Assembly: GCA_015058655.1 (NCBI GenBank)
Contig: SVBX01000017.1
Location: 144-64,143, forward strand
Length of the DNA: 64,000 bases
DNA from: Selenomonas ruminantium
Lineage (GTDB): Bacteria > Bacillota > Negativicutes > Selenomonadales > Selenomonadaceae
Direction: 5' to 3'
Position numbers and translations under genes: made by a program. Under the pieces are notes generated by a model that saw only the letters and a program-made list of their open reading frames with translations, was not told the origin of the DNA and did no database searches. This document shows, one piece after another, positions 20,846-29,700 of this stretch. Numbering within the stretch: position 1 is the first letter of the stretch; each line of letters starts with the position of its first letter.

Positions 20846-21003
20846 TAAGAAAACGTGGACTTCATACGATATACTACATAGAGAATGTCGGCTTCCTGTG
20901 GGGAGGCTGTGGCATAGGGGGCCGGGGATGGCTCCTGGCTGAATGGATTTATACAGTGGACACCGCAGGGGAGGCGGCCCTCATGGTGAGGGTGAAGGTT
21001 TGA
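20846..21003 (+). repeat. Flagellin promoter/leader copy 1 ending in a 6-codon mini-ORF (MVRVKV*)
   Basis: Near-identical to 23714-23851. Contains TAAG-N15-TACGATAT, the same leader sequence and the GAGGCGGCCCTCATGG start context. Confidence 0.85.
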
Positions 21004-21107
21004 ATCGCATAATGCAGTGAAGCAGGCGGGGGCGCATAGGCTCCCGCCTGAAGTATTTTATTGAAGGGTGAGGGAAATTGTGGTAAAATTTAGGCAAGAA
21101 TGATAGG

Positions 21108-22034
21108 TTGGAAGGTGATGTTTTGGGAGAGCAGGAAAGCGCTGAACTAAAAAAGCAGGAAGGCAGTAGTCAAGAAGACCAGCAGGTGCTGCAGGGGACG
21201 CGGAATCACAAGGATTTGCTGTTTTGCGATATCTTTTCTATCAGGGAAAACGCCTTATCCCTGTATAATGCTACAAACGATACTGACTATACAGATGCAG
21301 AGGCTTTGGAGATATACACCATAGCAAAAACGCTGTTCATCACCATACACAACGATGTGGCTGTCTGTTTCCATGGGCATCTGGAATTATTCGAGCAGCA
21401 GAGCACGAAAAATGCGAATATGCCTCTGCGGGAGTTCCTGTACAGTGCCGAGGAGTATGCCAAATGGATAAACCGCAACAAGAAGGACTTGTTCGGTGAG
21501 AAGCTGGTGCAGATACCTGCGCCGAAGTGCTTCGAGTTGTATAATGGTAAGACAAATGAGCCAGACAGATTCGAGAAGCGTCTGTCGGAGGCCTTCATGC
21601 ATCCTGCGCCAGGGTATGAGTGGACGGTGTATGTTATAAACATCAACGCTGGTCATAGTAAGGCCATTATGGATAAGTGCAGGCCGCTGAAGGCTTACTC
21701 GGTGTTTGTGCAGAAAGTGAGAGAAAATCTGGCGGCGGAAATGGGGCTGACGGAGGCCATTGAAAGGGCTGTGGATTACTGCATAGGTCTGGATCTGCTG
21801 GCCGGGTATTTTGCGGAGAACAGGGGGAGAGTGGTCGATATGGTGTGGACGGAATATAATGCCAAGCTGCATGAGGAAAATATAAAGGAAGAGAGCCGCA
21901 AGGAAGGACGAGATACTGAGAGGGTAATTTCTATACGGAATGTCATGTCAACACTTGACGTAGGTGCGGAGAGGGCTATGGAGATATTGCGGATACCGGG
22001 AGAAGAGCGGGGGAAGTATGTCCAGTTGGTATGA
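21108..22034 (+). CDS. Rpn-family recombination-promoting nuclease / putative transposase (YhgA-like)
   Basis: HKDLLFCDIFS...NDVAVCFHGHLELFEQQSTKNANMPLREFLY (D...E.Q core). Apparent TTG start, uncertain. Confidence 0.75.
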   Translation: MEGDVLGEQESAELKKQEGSSQEDQQVLQGTRNHKDLLFCDIFSIRENALSLYNATNDTDYTDAEALEIYTIAKTLFITIHNDVAVCFHGHLELFEQQSTKNANMPLREFLYSAEEYAKWINRNKKDLFGEKLVQIPAPKCFELYNGKTNEPDRFEKRLSEAFMHPAPGYEWTVYVININAGHSKAIMDKCRPLKAYSVFVQKVRENLAAEMGLTEAIERAVDYCIGLDLLAGYFAENRGRVVDMVWTEYNAKLHEENIKEESRKEGRDTERVISIRNVMSTLDVGAERAMEILRIPGEERGKYVQLV

Positions 22035-22049
22035 GAGACCTGGTATTGT

Positions 22050-22268
22050 GTGGAGAATAAGGGGATAGCGGTCGATATGGTGTGGAATGAGTACAATGCT
22101 AAGATACATGAGGAAAATCTGAAGGAGGAAGGGCGCGAAGAAGGAGAGGGCCGGATGTCTCGTCTTATGGCATATTTGCTTGAGGATGGTAAAAGTGAGG
22201 AAGCCCTGGAGGCTACGAAAAGCAAGGTGCTACGTGAAGAGTTGTATAGGAGGTACGGCATTGCCTGA
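22050..22268 (+). pseudogene. Stand-alone C-terminal fragment of an Rpn paralog (72 codons)
   Basis: Begins at the AENRG..VDMVW.EYNAK.HEEN block that is duplicated from 21808-21910, and ends in YGIA*. A shorter relic of the same tail lies at 20665-20725. Confidence 0.6.
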
Positions 22269-22397
22269 TTGCGGAGAAGATGAGGAGTGTGTCCTGTCAG
22301 GACGTACAATGTTTTTGTGACATCACGGCATAACTTGTTCGAGGGGGCGCTGGAGAAATTTTTATGAAATTTTTCTGGAGGCCCCCCATTTTGTGCT

Positions 22398-22555
22398 TAA
22401 GAAAATGTGGACTTCATAGGATATACTACATAGAGAATGTCGGCTTCCTGTGGGGAGGTCGTGACATAGGGGGCCGGGGATGGCTCCTGGATGAATGGAT
22501 TTATACAGTAGACACCGTAGAGGAGGCGGCCCTCATGGTGAGGGTGAAGGTTTGA
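22398..22555 (+). repeat. Flagellin promoter/leader copy 2 (-10 element degenerate: TAGGATAT) with the same mini-ORF
   Basis: Aligns base-for-base with copies 1 and 3. Confidence 0.85.
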
Positions 22556-22674
22556 ATCGCATAATGCAGGGAAGCAGGCGGGAGCGCATAGGCTCCCGCC
22601 TGAAGTATTTTATTGAAGGAGAAGGGGAATTGTGGTAAGATTTAGGCAAGGAAGTCAGGCTGGGGGATGATGAA

Positions 22675-23574
22675 TTGGCAAAGAGGAAGCGCAAGGGCAG
22701 GAGCAAGCAGAAAGCTCATGGGGCGCGGAATCATAAGGACAAGCTGTTCTGTGATATTTTTTCCATCAAGGAAAATGCCTTGTCGCTGTTCAATGCTGCG
22801 AATGGCACTGATTATGCGGATGTGGAGGCACTTGAGGTATATACTATCAAGGAAGTGCTCTATATCGCCATGCACAACGATCTGGCAGTATGCTTCCATG
22901 ATTATGTTGAATTATTTGAGCAGCAGAGTACGAAATCTGCCAATATACCCTTGCGGGAGTTCTTGTATAGTGCCGAGGTGTATGACAAGTGGCTGGTTCG
23001 GAACAGGAAGAATGTGCTGGGGACGAAACTGGTGAAGATACCGGCTCCAAAGTGTTTTGAGCTGTATAACGGTTTGTCGGAAGAGCCAGAGATGAGTGAG
23101 AAGCGCCTTTCGGATGCTTTTGAGCACCCTTCGCCTGGGTATGAGTGGACGGTATATGTCATCAATGTCAATGCTGGGCGTAACAAGAAAATCATGGACA
23201 AGTGTATGCCACTGAATGCCTACGCTGTCTTTGTGCAGAGGGTGCGTGGCAATATTGCTGCAGGGATGACGTTGGATCGTGCTATAAATGAGGCTGTGGA
23301 TTATTGCATAGAGCACAACTTGCTGGCAACTTATTTTGCGGAGAATAGGGGGAGAGTGGTCAAGATGGTGCATACGAAGTACGCTGTCAAGATATATGAG
23401 GACGCGTTGAGGGAAGAAGAGCGTAAGAATGGGCGGCTGGAAATGCTTACAGATATGATAGTGTCGATGTTGAGACGTAAGAGAAAGCCGTCATATATAG
23501 CGGAGGAGCTGGAAGTTACACCAGAAATGGTGCTTAGTACGGCCAAGAAATACAATATAACTGTGGTACAGTAA
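22675..23574 (+). CDS. Rpn-family recombination-promoting nuclease / putative transposase (YhgA-like)
   Basis: Paralog of 21108-22034 with the same HKDKLFCDIFS...ELFEQQSTKSANIPLREFLY blocks. Apparent TTG start. Confidence 0.75.
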   Translation: MAKRKRKGRSKQKAHGARNHKDKLFCDIFSIKENALSLFNAANGTDYADVEALEVYTIKEVLYIAMHNDLAVCFHDYVELFEQQSTKSANIPLREFLYSAEVYDKWLVRNRKNVLGTKLVKIPAPKCFELYNGLSEEPEMSEKRLSDAFEHPSPGYEWTVYVINVNAGRNKKIMDKCMPLNAYAVFVQRVRGNIAAGMTLDRAINEAVDYCIEHNLLATYFAENRGRVVKMVHTKYAVKIYEDALREEERKNGRLEMLTDMIVSMLRRKRKPSYIAEELEVTPEMVLSTAKKYNITVVQ

Positions 23575-23713
23575 AATAAGGCATGGGCTGATGATGCGGA
23601 GGGTATGTCTTGTGGAGGCGCACAATGTGCCTTGATATAGCAATGGAAGTTATCTGGTAGGGGCACTGGAGAAATTTTTATGAAATTTTTCTGGAGGCCC
23701 CCTATTTTGTGCT

Positions 23714-23740
23714 TAAGAAAACATGGACTTTATACGATAT
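23714..23740 (+). promoter_or_regulatory. Sigma-28-type promoter of flagellin
   Basis: TAAG-N15-TACGATAT, about 110 nt upstream of the flagellin ATG. Confidence 0.6.
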
Positions 23741-23851
23741 ACTACATAGAGAATGTTGGCTTCCTGCGGGGAGGCCGTGACATAGAGGGGCCGGGGATGG
23801 CTCCTGGCTGAATGGATTTATACAGTGGACACCGTAGAGGAGGCGGCCCTC

Positions 23852-25237
23852 ATGGCACTCATAGTCAAGAACAACATGGATAGTGTAAATGCCCTGAAGA
23901 ACCTTAGCAAGAATACGGAAGCTATGCACAAGGATTTGCAGAAGCTGGCAACAGGTGAGAAAATCACTGGGGCAGGAGATGGGGCGTCGGAGTATGCGAT
24001 TTCGGAGCGCATGAGGGTGCAGGTGAAGTCTCTTGATCAAGACGATCAAAATGCTCAGAATGGCATCAGCATCCTGAACACGGCAGCCGGGGCGCTGGAC
24101 AGCACCATTGATATACTTCGCACTATGAAGGAGAAGGCCATTGATGCGGCCAACGATCATAATTCTGATATAGACCGCGCTAGTATTCAGAAGGTCATAG
24201 ACGAGTATATAAATCAGATTGATGACAATGCGCTGGTGAGCTACAACGGTATCACCATGCTGGATGGTAGCCGCAACTACAGCGTGGTGGAGGGCGGCAC
24301 ATATACGCATCTGACCAATACTAGGTTTGCTGATGATACTACCAAAGATACCAGTGTGCTAGATTTGACAAATAAAGATGGGAATAATCTTGGGATACAG
24401 ACGACCGATACGGTGGCGATTTCTTGGGTGCAGAATGGTGAAACCCATACTGTGGAAGTTAGTCCACTTGAAAGAGAAAAGGAAATTCCTAATCCCGATT
24501 GGGATCCCGCTGATCCATCTCAGCCAGAAAATTTTTATAAGATGGTTCCATACACACTGTCGGAGTTGGTTGATAAGTTGGGAGGCGTAGTTACCTTAAA
24601 TAGTACTGATAACTATATTGGTACAGATAGAACTGGTGAGGGCGTCTATACTGCTGATGGTAGTAATGCGATTACTTTGAAAGCTAGCCAGTCGGGGATT
24701 GCAGGGCAGATTGCGGGAATTACTTTTAAGATTACAGATGCTGGTGGAGAGATCCGTGATAATGCTAATAAGGTTTTTGATTTTTTCGAGGAAAGCATTA
24801 GGGCTGAGAATCCGTCAGAAGATAACGCTATGGTGTTCCAGCTTGGTACTAAAGCGAACCAGTCACTGCGAGCAGGATTTTCTGATACTCGTGCGGTGGC
24901 ATTAGGGCTTCGTTCTTATAATGGGGCGAATGCAACTTTGAGCGTGTCCACGCAGAATGATGCTAATGTCGCCATAAATGTGTTGGATAATGCTTTGCAG
25001 AAGGTATTGAATCAGCAGACTACTGTAGGCGCGGAACTTAGCCGTTTGGAGTATACATCTGCAAACATTGTTATGAACAGCGAGAATACGCAGGCGGCAG
25101 AGTCAGTTATCCGTGATGCTGATATGGCAAAAGTGCAGACGGCATATGCAAGAGATAGTATTTTGACTCAGGCGGCACAGGCGATGCTTTCACAGGCTAA
25201 TCAGAACAGCAGTTCGGTTCTTAGCTTGTTGCAGTAA
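23852..25237 (+). CDS. fliC: Flagellin
   Basis: N-terminal MALIVKNNMDSVNALKNLSKN...ISERMRVQVKSL and C-terminal ...AQAMLSQANQNSSSVLSLLQ, with a variable AT-richer middle. Start at ATG 23852 behind AGAGGAGG. Confidence 0.95.
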   Translation: MALIVKNNMDSVNALKNLSKNTEAMHKDLQKLATGEKITGAGDGASEYAISERMRVQVKSLDQDDQNAQNGISILNTAAGALDSTIDILRTMKEKAIDAANDHNSDIDRASIQKVIDEYINQIDDNALVSYNGITMLDGSRNYSVVEGGTYTHLTNTRFADDTTKDTSVLDLTNKDGNNLGIQTTDTVAISWVQNGETHTVEVSPLEREKEIPNPDWDPADPSQPENFYKMVPYTLSELVDKLGGVVTLNSTDNYIGTDRTGEGVYTADGSNAITLKASQSGIAGQIAGITFKITDAGGEIRDNANKVFDFFEESIRAENPSEDNAMVFQLGTKANQSLRAGFSDTRAVALGLRSYNGANATLSVSTQNDANVAINVLDNALQKVLNQQTTVGAELSRLEYTSANIVMNSENTQAAESVIRDADMAKVQTAYARDSILTQAAQAMLSQANQNSSSVLSLLQ

Positions 25238-25313
25238 AATTTATCGGAAAAATTTTTGATATCAAGATTTATAAGTTAAAGTTATTTTTGACTTATGTAT
25301 AGGGCGTGAAAGT

Positions 25314-25526
25314 ATGGCTAGGAAAAGGGTTACTGTTACTAAGGAGTCTCCGACAGGAAGAAATGAAGAATTTCATGATAATTATACTGGGCAGAATATG
25401 TCACGCGAAGAGTTTGTTAGTAAGATAAATGCGGGCGTATATTCTAATTATACAGTAAAAAATATAAACGGTGTTGACACACCAGTGTCTAAGCCAGATG
25501 GTAAGAAGGGAAATAATTTAGGCTGA
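25314..25526 (+). CDS. Small hypothetical protein (possibly DUF3892-like)
   Basis: 70-aa ORF with a plausible start context. The family assignment is only from a remembered pattern: ...YTV..NG...PVS..D....NL. Confidence 0.4.
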   Translation: MARKRVTVTKESPTGRNEEFHDNYTGQNMSREEFVSKINAGVYSNYTVKNINGVDTPVSKPDGKKGNNLG

Positions 25527-25546
25527 TTTATGTGGAAATATTTTGG

Positions 25547-25725
25547 GCGTGTTTCAATGAGGTACGATTTAGGGTAATAAATTTTTACTCGGATTTTTGC
25601 CATTTTTCCATACGGAGTGTACATTTTCTACGTAATTACTAGCTTTGTAGTGAGTGTTTATTCAGTTATGTATGCGTAGGGAGTACAAAATCTGTTACCC
25701 CTAAAAGACCTGTTTTGAAACACGC
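25547..25725. repeat. Imperfect ~45-bp inverted repeat pair flanking ~90 bp (CRISPR repeat/anti-repeat-like)
   Basis: GCGTGTTTCAA (25547-25557) and TTGAAACACGC (25715-25725) match perfectly. The arms extend imperfectly: GTTTCAATGAGGTACGATTTAGGGTAATAAATTTTTAC versus the revcomp arm GTTTCAAAACAGGTCTTTTAGGGGTAACAGATTTTGTAC. Confidence 0.7.
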
Positions 25726-26039
25726 TATATTTTGATGTTTAAGTGGGGCGCCTTTGGCGCCTCTTTCGCCATTTCTTAGTAAATTTGTTTATAAGGGTAG
25801 TTCGAGGAATGGAGTGCATTGGTATGGTTCGCCAGTTTGGTGCAGTCAGTATAGGCAGGTGGAACTCTTGCCCTGGTAAACCTTAGTGATGAGTCAGTAT
25901 CCAGACTTGGGTGGGTTGTCGTGAGGTAACACGTTAAGCGTAGACAGAAATGATTTATAGTTCTAACGCGTAAGTTTGAATAAGTTTAGCAGTGGTATAT
26001 ATAATTGACTGTTATTAAAAAATAGGAGTAAATTTATTT

Positions 26040-26663
26040 ATGGAGTATGATGTAAATAATGAAATAACAAGATTGATAGAAGAAAATTCTTCAAAATATC
26101 ATATAGATAAAGAGCTTTATGATGTTTGCACGGCAGAGAATATTGAGTATTTTGATAAACATCCGAAGGATAGAGGTGCTTGTGCAACTAATAAGGAAAC
26201 AGGACGATGCATAATACTAATGAATCGTAAGCTTTTGTTAACATTATCAGAATTGGAGTATACTTTTCTTCATGAATTTCGACATGTGTGGCAACGCAAT
26301 AATAAAGAAAAGTATAATATCGAGTACTGGATAGGCTGGAATAAACGAAATAAAGAAAGATATTTAGAGGGTGCATACTTTTTCTCTCCTACTGAGTTGG
26401 ATGCGAATAGATTCGCTGGAAGCGATGGCACATTGAATGATTATACTGTGTTTCAGTCTTGTTTGCCGTGCGAAAAGATAGGTGAAGAATTAAGGAGAAA
26501 TCAGGAGTTTGTTTTAAAATTGATGAATTCTGAAGAGATTTATATAATACCACCAAATGTAGCATTAAACCTATTAGAAAAGAAGATGATTGATTCTCAG
26601 TTATATGCAAAGTGGCGACATGTATATAAAGAAAAAAATAAGCTATGCAAAGATGATGTGTAA
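26040..26663 (+). CDS. ImmA/IrrE-like (M78-type) metallopeptidase
   Basis: HEFRH (HExxH) followed about 40 aa later by ELDANRFA (the E.xAN.FA signature). Very AT-rich. Confidence 0.6.
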   Translation: MEYDVNNEITRLIEENSSKYHIDKELYDVCTAENIEYFDKHPKDRGACATNKETGRCIILMNRKLLLTLSELEYTFLHEFRHVWQRNNKEKYNIEYWIGWNKRNKERYLEGAYFFSPTELDANRFAGSDGTLNDYTVFQSCLPCEKIGEELRRNQEFVLKLMNSEEIYIIPPNVALNLLEKKMIDSQLYAKWRHVYKEKNKLCKDDV

Positions 26664-26715
26664 AAGAAATTTATTAGAGTTTTTATTAGAGATTTTTTGA
26701 ATGCGAGGTGTCTTT

Positions 26716-29700
26716 ATGAACACGTTGACGCAAAAAGATAAGCTGGCACTGCAGGTCAGCCTTGCTTTGGTTGCCGGCATGTTCAGTTTAGTTCCTGTGG
26801 CGCATGGAGCACCTGTACTTGACACGATTGTCACTGATGGTGCAAAAGGTACAAAAGTATTTAATCATGATAATAATACACAGACCCCGGCAGGGGTGAC
26901 GGCTATTATGCCTGCTGCTCCTCCGGATGTAGGTAAGGCGTCTAATAATATTATCAATTGGCAGGATTTTTCGGTTGGAAGTACTGAAAAAGTTGTTTTT
27001 GATGCCACGGATGCTACTGGAGCTAGTTATACAAAGACTAATAACTATCTCAATGTTGTCACAGGAGCCGGAACTTCCTATGTGGACGGCAAAATGCTGG
27101 GGGGGCAGAATGTATATTTGGTGAACCCTAATGGCATCATTATGGGAGAACATGCCAAGGTCGATGTGGGGAATCTTTATCTTTCAACCAAGGACTCGAT
27201 TGATGTTGATGCTTTGGCTGCTAGCGGAACTGAACTGTCAGGTACGAGTGTATTGGCAAGCGCTGGTGATGTTGCTGCAGAAGTCGTGAATATGGGGAAG
27301 ATACAGGCTAACTATGTCTATGCAGAGGGCACTGAGGTTCGCTTTCTTAATACGAAAAATGTACAATATAAGGCATTGAACGATTGTATTGATAAGACGA
27401 GTCAGGATTTGGATCGACTTAGTAGTGATAGTAATACTGATACAAGTGTTGTTAGTGGTGTTGAGTTGGTTGGAGCAAATTATGTTCATGTAGGGTATGA
27501 GGTATCAGATACTGCTCCTAGTTCCACCAATGAGAATGAGTACAAAGCTGCTACACTGAATACTGCTAATTCAGCTACAAGTTTGGGGTATACTATAAAT
27601 GGTTCAAAGCTTACTTCTTTTTCGGATGCGTCTGAAAAGAATGCATTTATTAAAGCTCATGATTATGCATTAGTGCGCAACAAATTTGAATTGCAAAACA
27701 TGAGAAATAATAAGTCATTGAACTATATGCTAGCAAATGACATATCTTTTACTTATACAGGTAAGAATGGCCAAAATTATTATCCTGTTGGTAGTTCTGG
27801 TACAGATGCTTTTACTGGGAATTTTGATGGTAATTTTTTTACTATAGAAAATATATGTGTTCCTGCCAATAAAGAGTATTATGCAGGTTTGTTTGGGTAT
27901 ACTGATGGTGCAAGAATTGAGAACGTAAAAGTACATAATGCAAGAATATATGCAGGAAAAGGGGAGAGTGATACGACTGAATCGGCGGCTGGAGGGATAG
28001 TAGGATACGCTAAGGGTACTACTCTGGTAAATGTGGCGAATACTTTTATTGCTCCTGCTTCTGATCGAGGAATGGTTCTCGCTTTTGCACCTGATGCGAG
28101 TTCTGCAGCAGGTGGCTTGGTCGGATATTCTGAGGGTGCAACAAAAATATCAAGCTCATACAATGAAGCCGAGGTTTATAATGGAAGTGGACTGGTAGGC
28201 AAGATTAAGACTGCAGGGTTGGAAGTAAGTGATTCATACAATAAAGGAACAATATATAAAAATAGAAGTGGAACTGCTGGAGATAATATTTATTACTATG
28301 GATTGGTTGGAGATGCGGTAGGAGAAGCTGCTACGGGAGCTGCTAGTGGAACTACTGCAGGAACTATAAAAAAATCATACAATGCCGGGAAATATAAGGA
28401 GATTGAAAATAGTGTTTTTGTATTTAAAACTTCAAATGGTGTAGGTCCGGAAACATCAACTTTTTCTTATTGTTATGATGTATCACCTGAACCGAACGAG
28501 GATTCTTATAGTGCAGTTAGTTATACTGCAAATCATTATAGTGGCATATTTAATGATGGAGAGAATGTAAATAAAACTTGGCGCATATATGAAGGGGATA
28601 GTTTGCCATTACTCCGTAGTTTTTTGAAAGCAAATGGTAATGGCACAATTACTGTCAACTATAATAAGATAGGGTTGTATGCAGATGATGCTGATGGTAC
28701 AGCTGCCTCCGTTTCGATTCCAAGCGATAAAATAGTTCATGACAAATCTACTGGTAAGGAAATAGTTTATAATGGCTACTATAACGGGGCCACGGACTAT
28801 GATGTTGATACTGAACGTTTGGCTGGTTCTGATTCTGATGCCGTTAAATTAGGCAGGATTAAACCTGCCAAAATCAAGAATGTGGTGAATAATGCTCCAC
28901 TATTCTACTCTGTAGATCAGAATGGCTATGACATTGCAGATGCCAATATCTCCATCGTCCAGCGCAATATCCTGCCGGAAAGTGGCTTTACCCTGGACAA
29001 GGTATATGATGGAACTGCCGATGCTACGACTGAGATGAAGGCTGCCTTCAATGGCACAGTTGAGGCTATAGATGTAGCGACTATTTACGAGTCTGGCGGC
29101 ACGGTCAATGGCAAGTATTATGCGCCTCACACTTTGGTAGAGACTGGCGTAGTGAAGACTCATGTGGGCGACACAGTGAAAGCTGAGCAAGTCAGCCTTG
29201 ACAACGTCATCACTTCGGCTACCTACTACAAGAATGTGAACGGGAATACCAGTGACTGGACAACTAACAATGTGGCTATCAATGTAAAGGATGCCACTTC
29301 CACCAACCCTGCCTCGGTGAAGGTTGTCTTCAATGATGGGGCTATCTCTGGGACGACAGATACGGATAGCGATGGAACTGTTGATAGTGCCAATTATTTC
29401 ATTGACCACACCAACTACGATAATGGCACTATTGCTATCAAAGGCGTTATCGAAAAACGCCCGGTCTATGTGGAACTGCAGAAAAAGACTGGCATAGACA
29501 AGGTTTATGACAAAAGTAATACTGTGGTATATAGGGCCAGCGACTGGAATGATGCCAATGATAATGTCAAAGATGCAAGCGATGATGCTATAGAAAAATG
29601 GAGCTTGACGGATGTAGGATTGCTTAATTCCATAGACGGAGCAGAATTTGACTATGGTACGCCCTTCTATACCGAAGGTGACGACAGCAGTGGGACTCTG

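Noticed and set aside
22364-22555. 63-aa ORF (MKFFWRPPILCLRK...) spanning flagellin leader copy 2.
   Set aside because: The same segment in copy 3 is interrupted by a stop because of an indel (…GAC ATA GAG GGG CCG GGG ATG GCT CCT GGC TGA). The region aligns to the non-coding flagellin promoter/5' UTR, so the open frame in copy 2 is fortuitous.
25517-25550. Possible guide segment upstream of the repeat-like arm, with partial similarity (GATTTAT..GTGGA) to the flagellin leader near 23815.
   Set aside because: The match is only ~12 nt and is interrupted by a 3-nt gap. That is far below what Cas9 targeting needs and is easily explained by chance.
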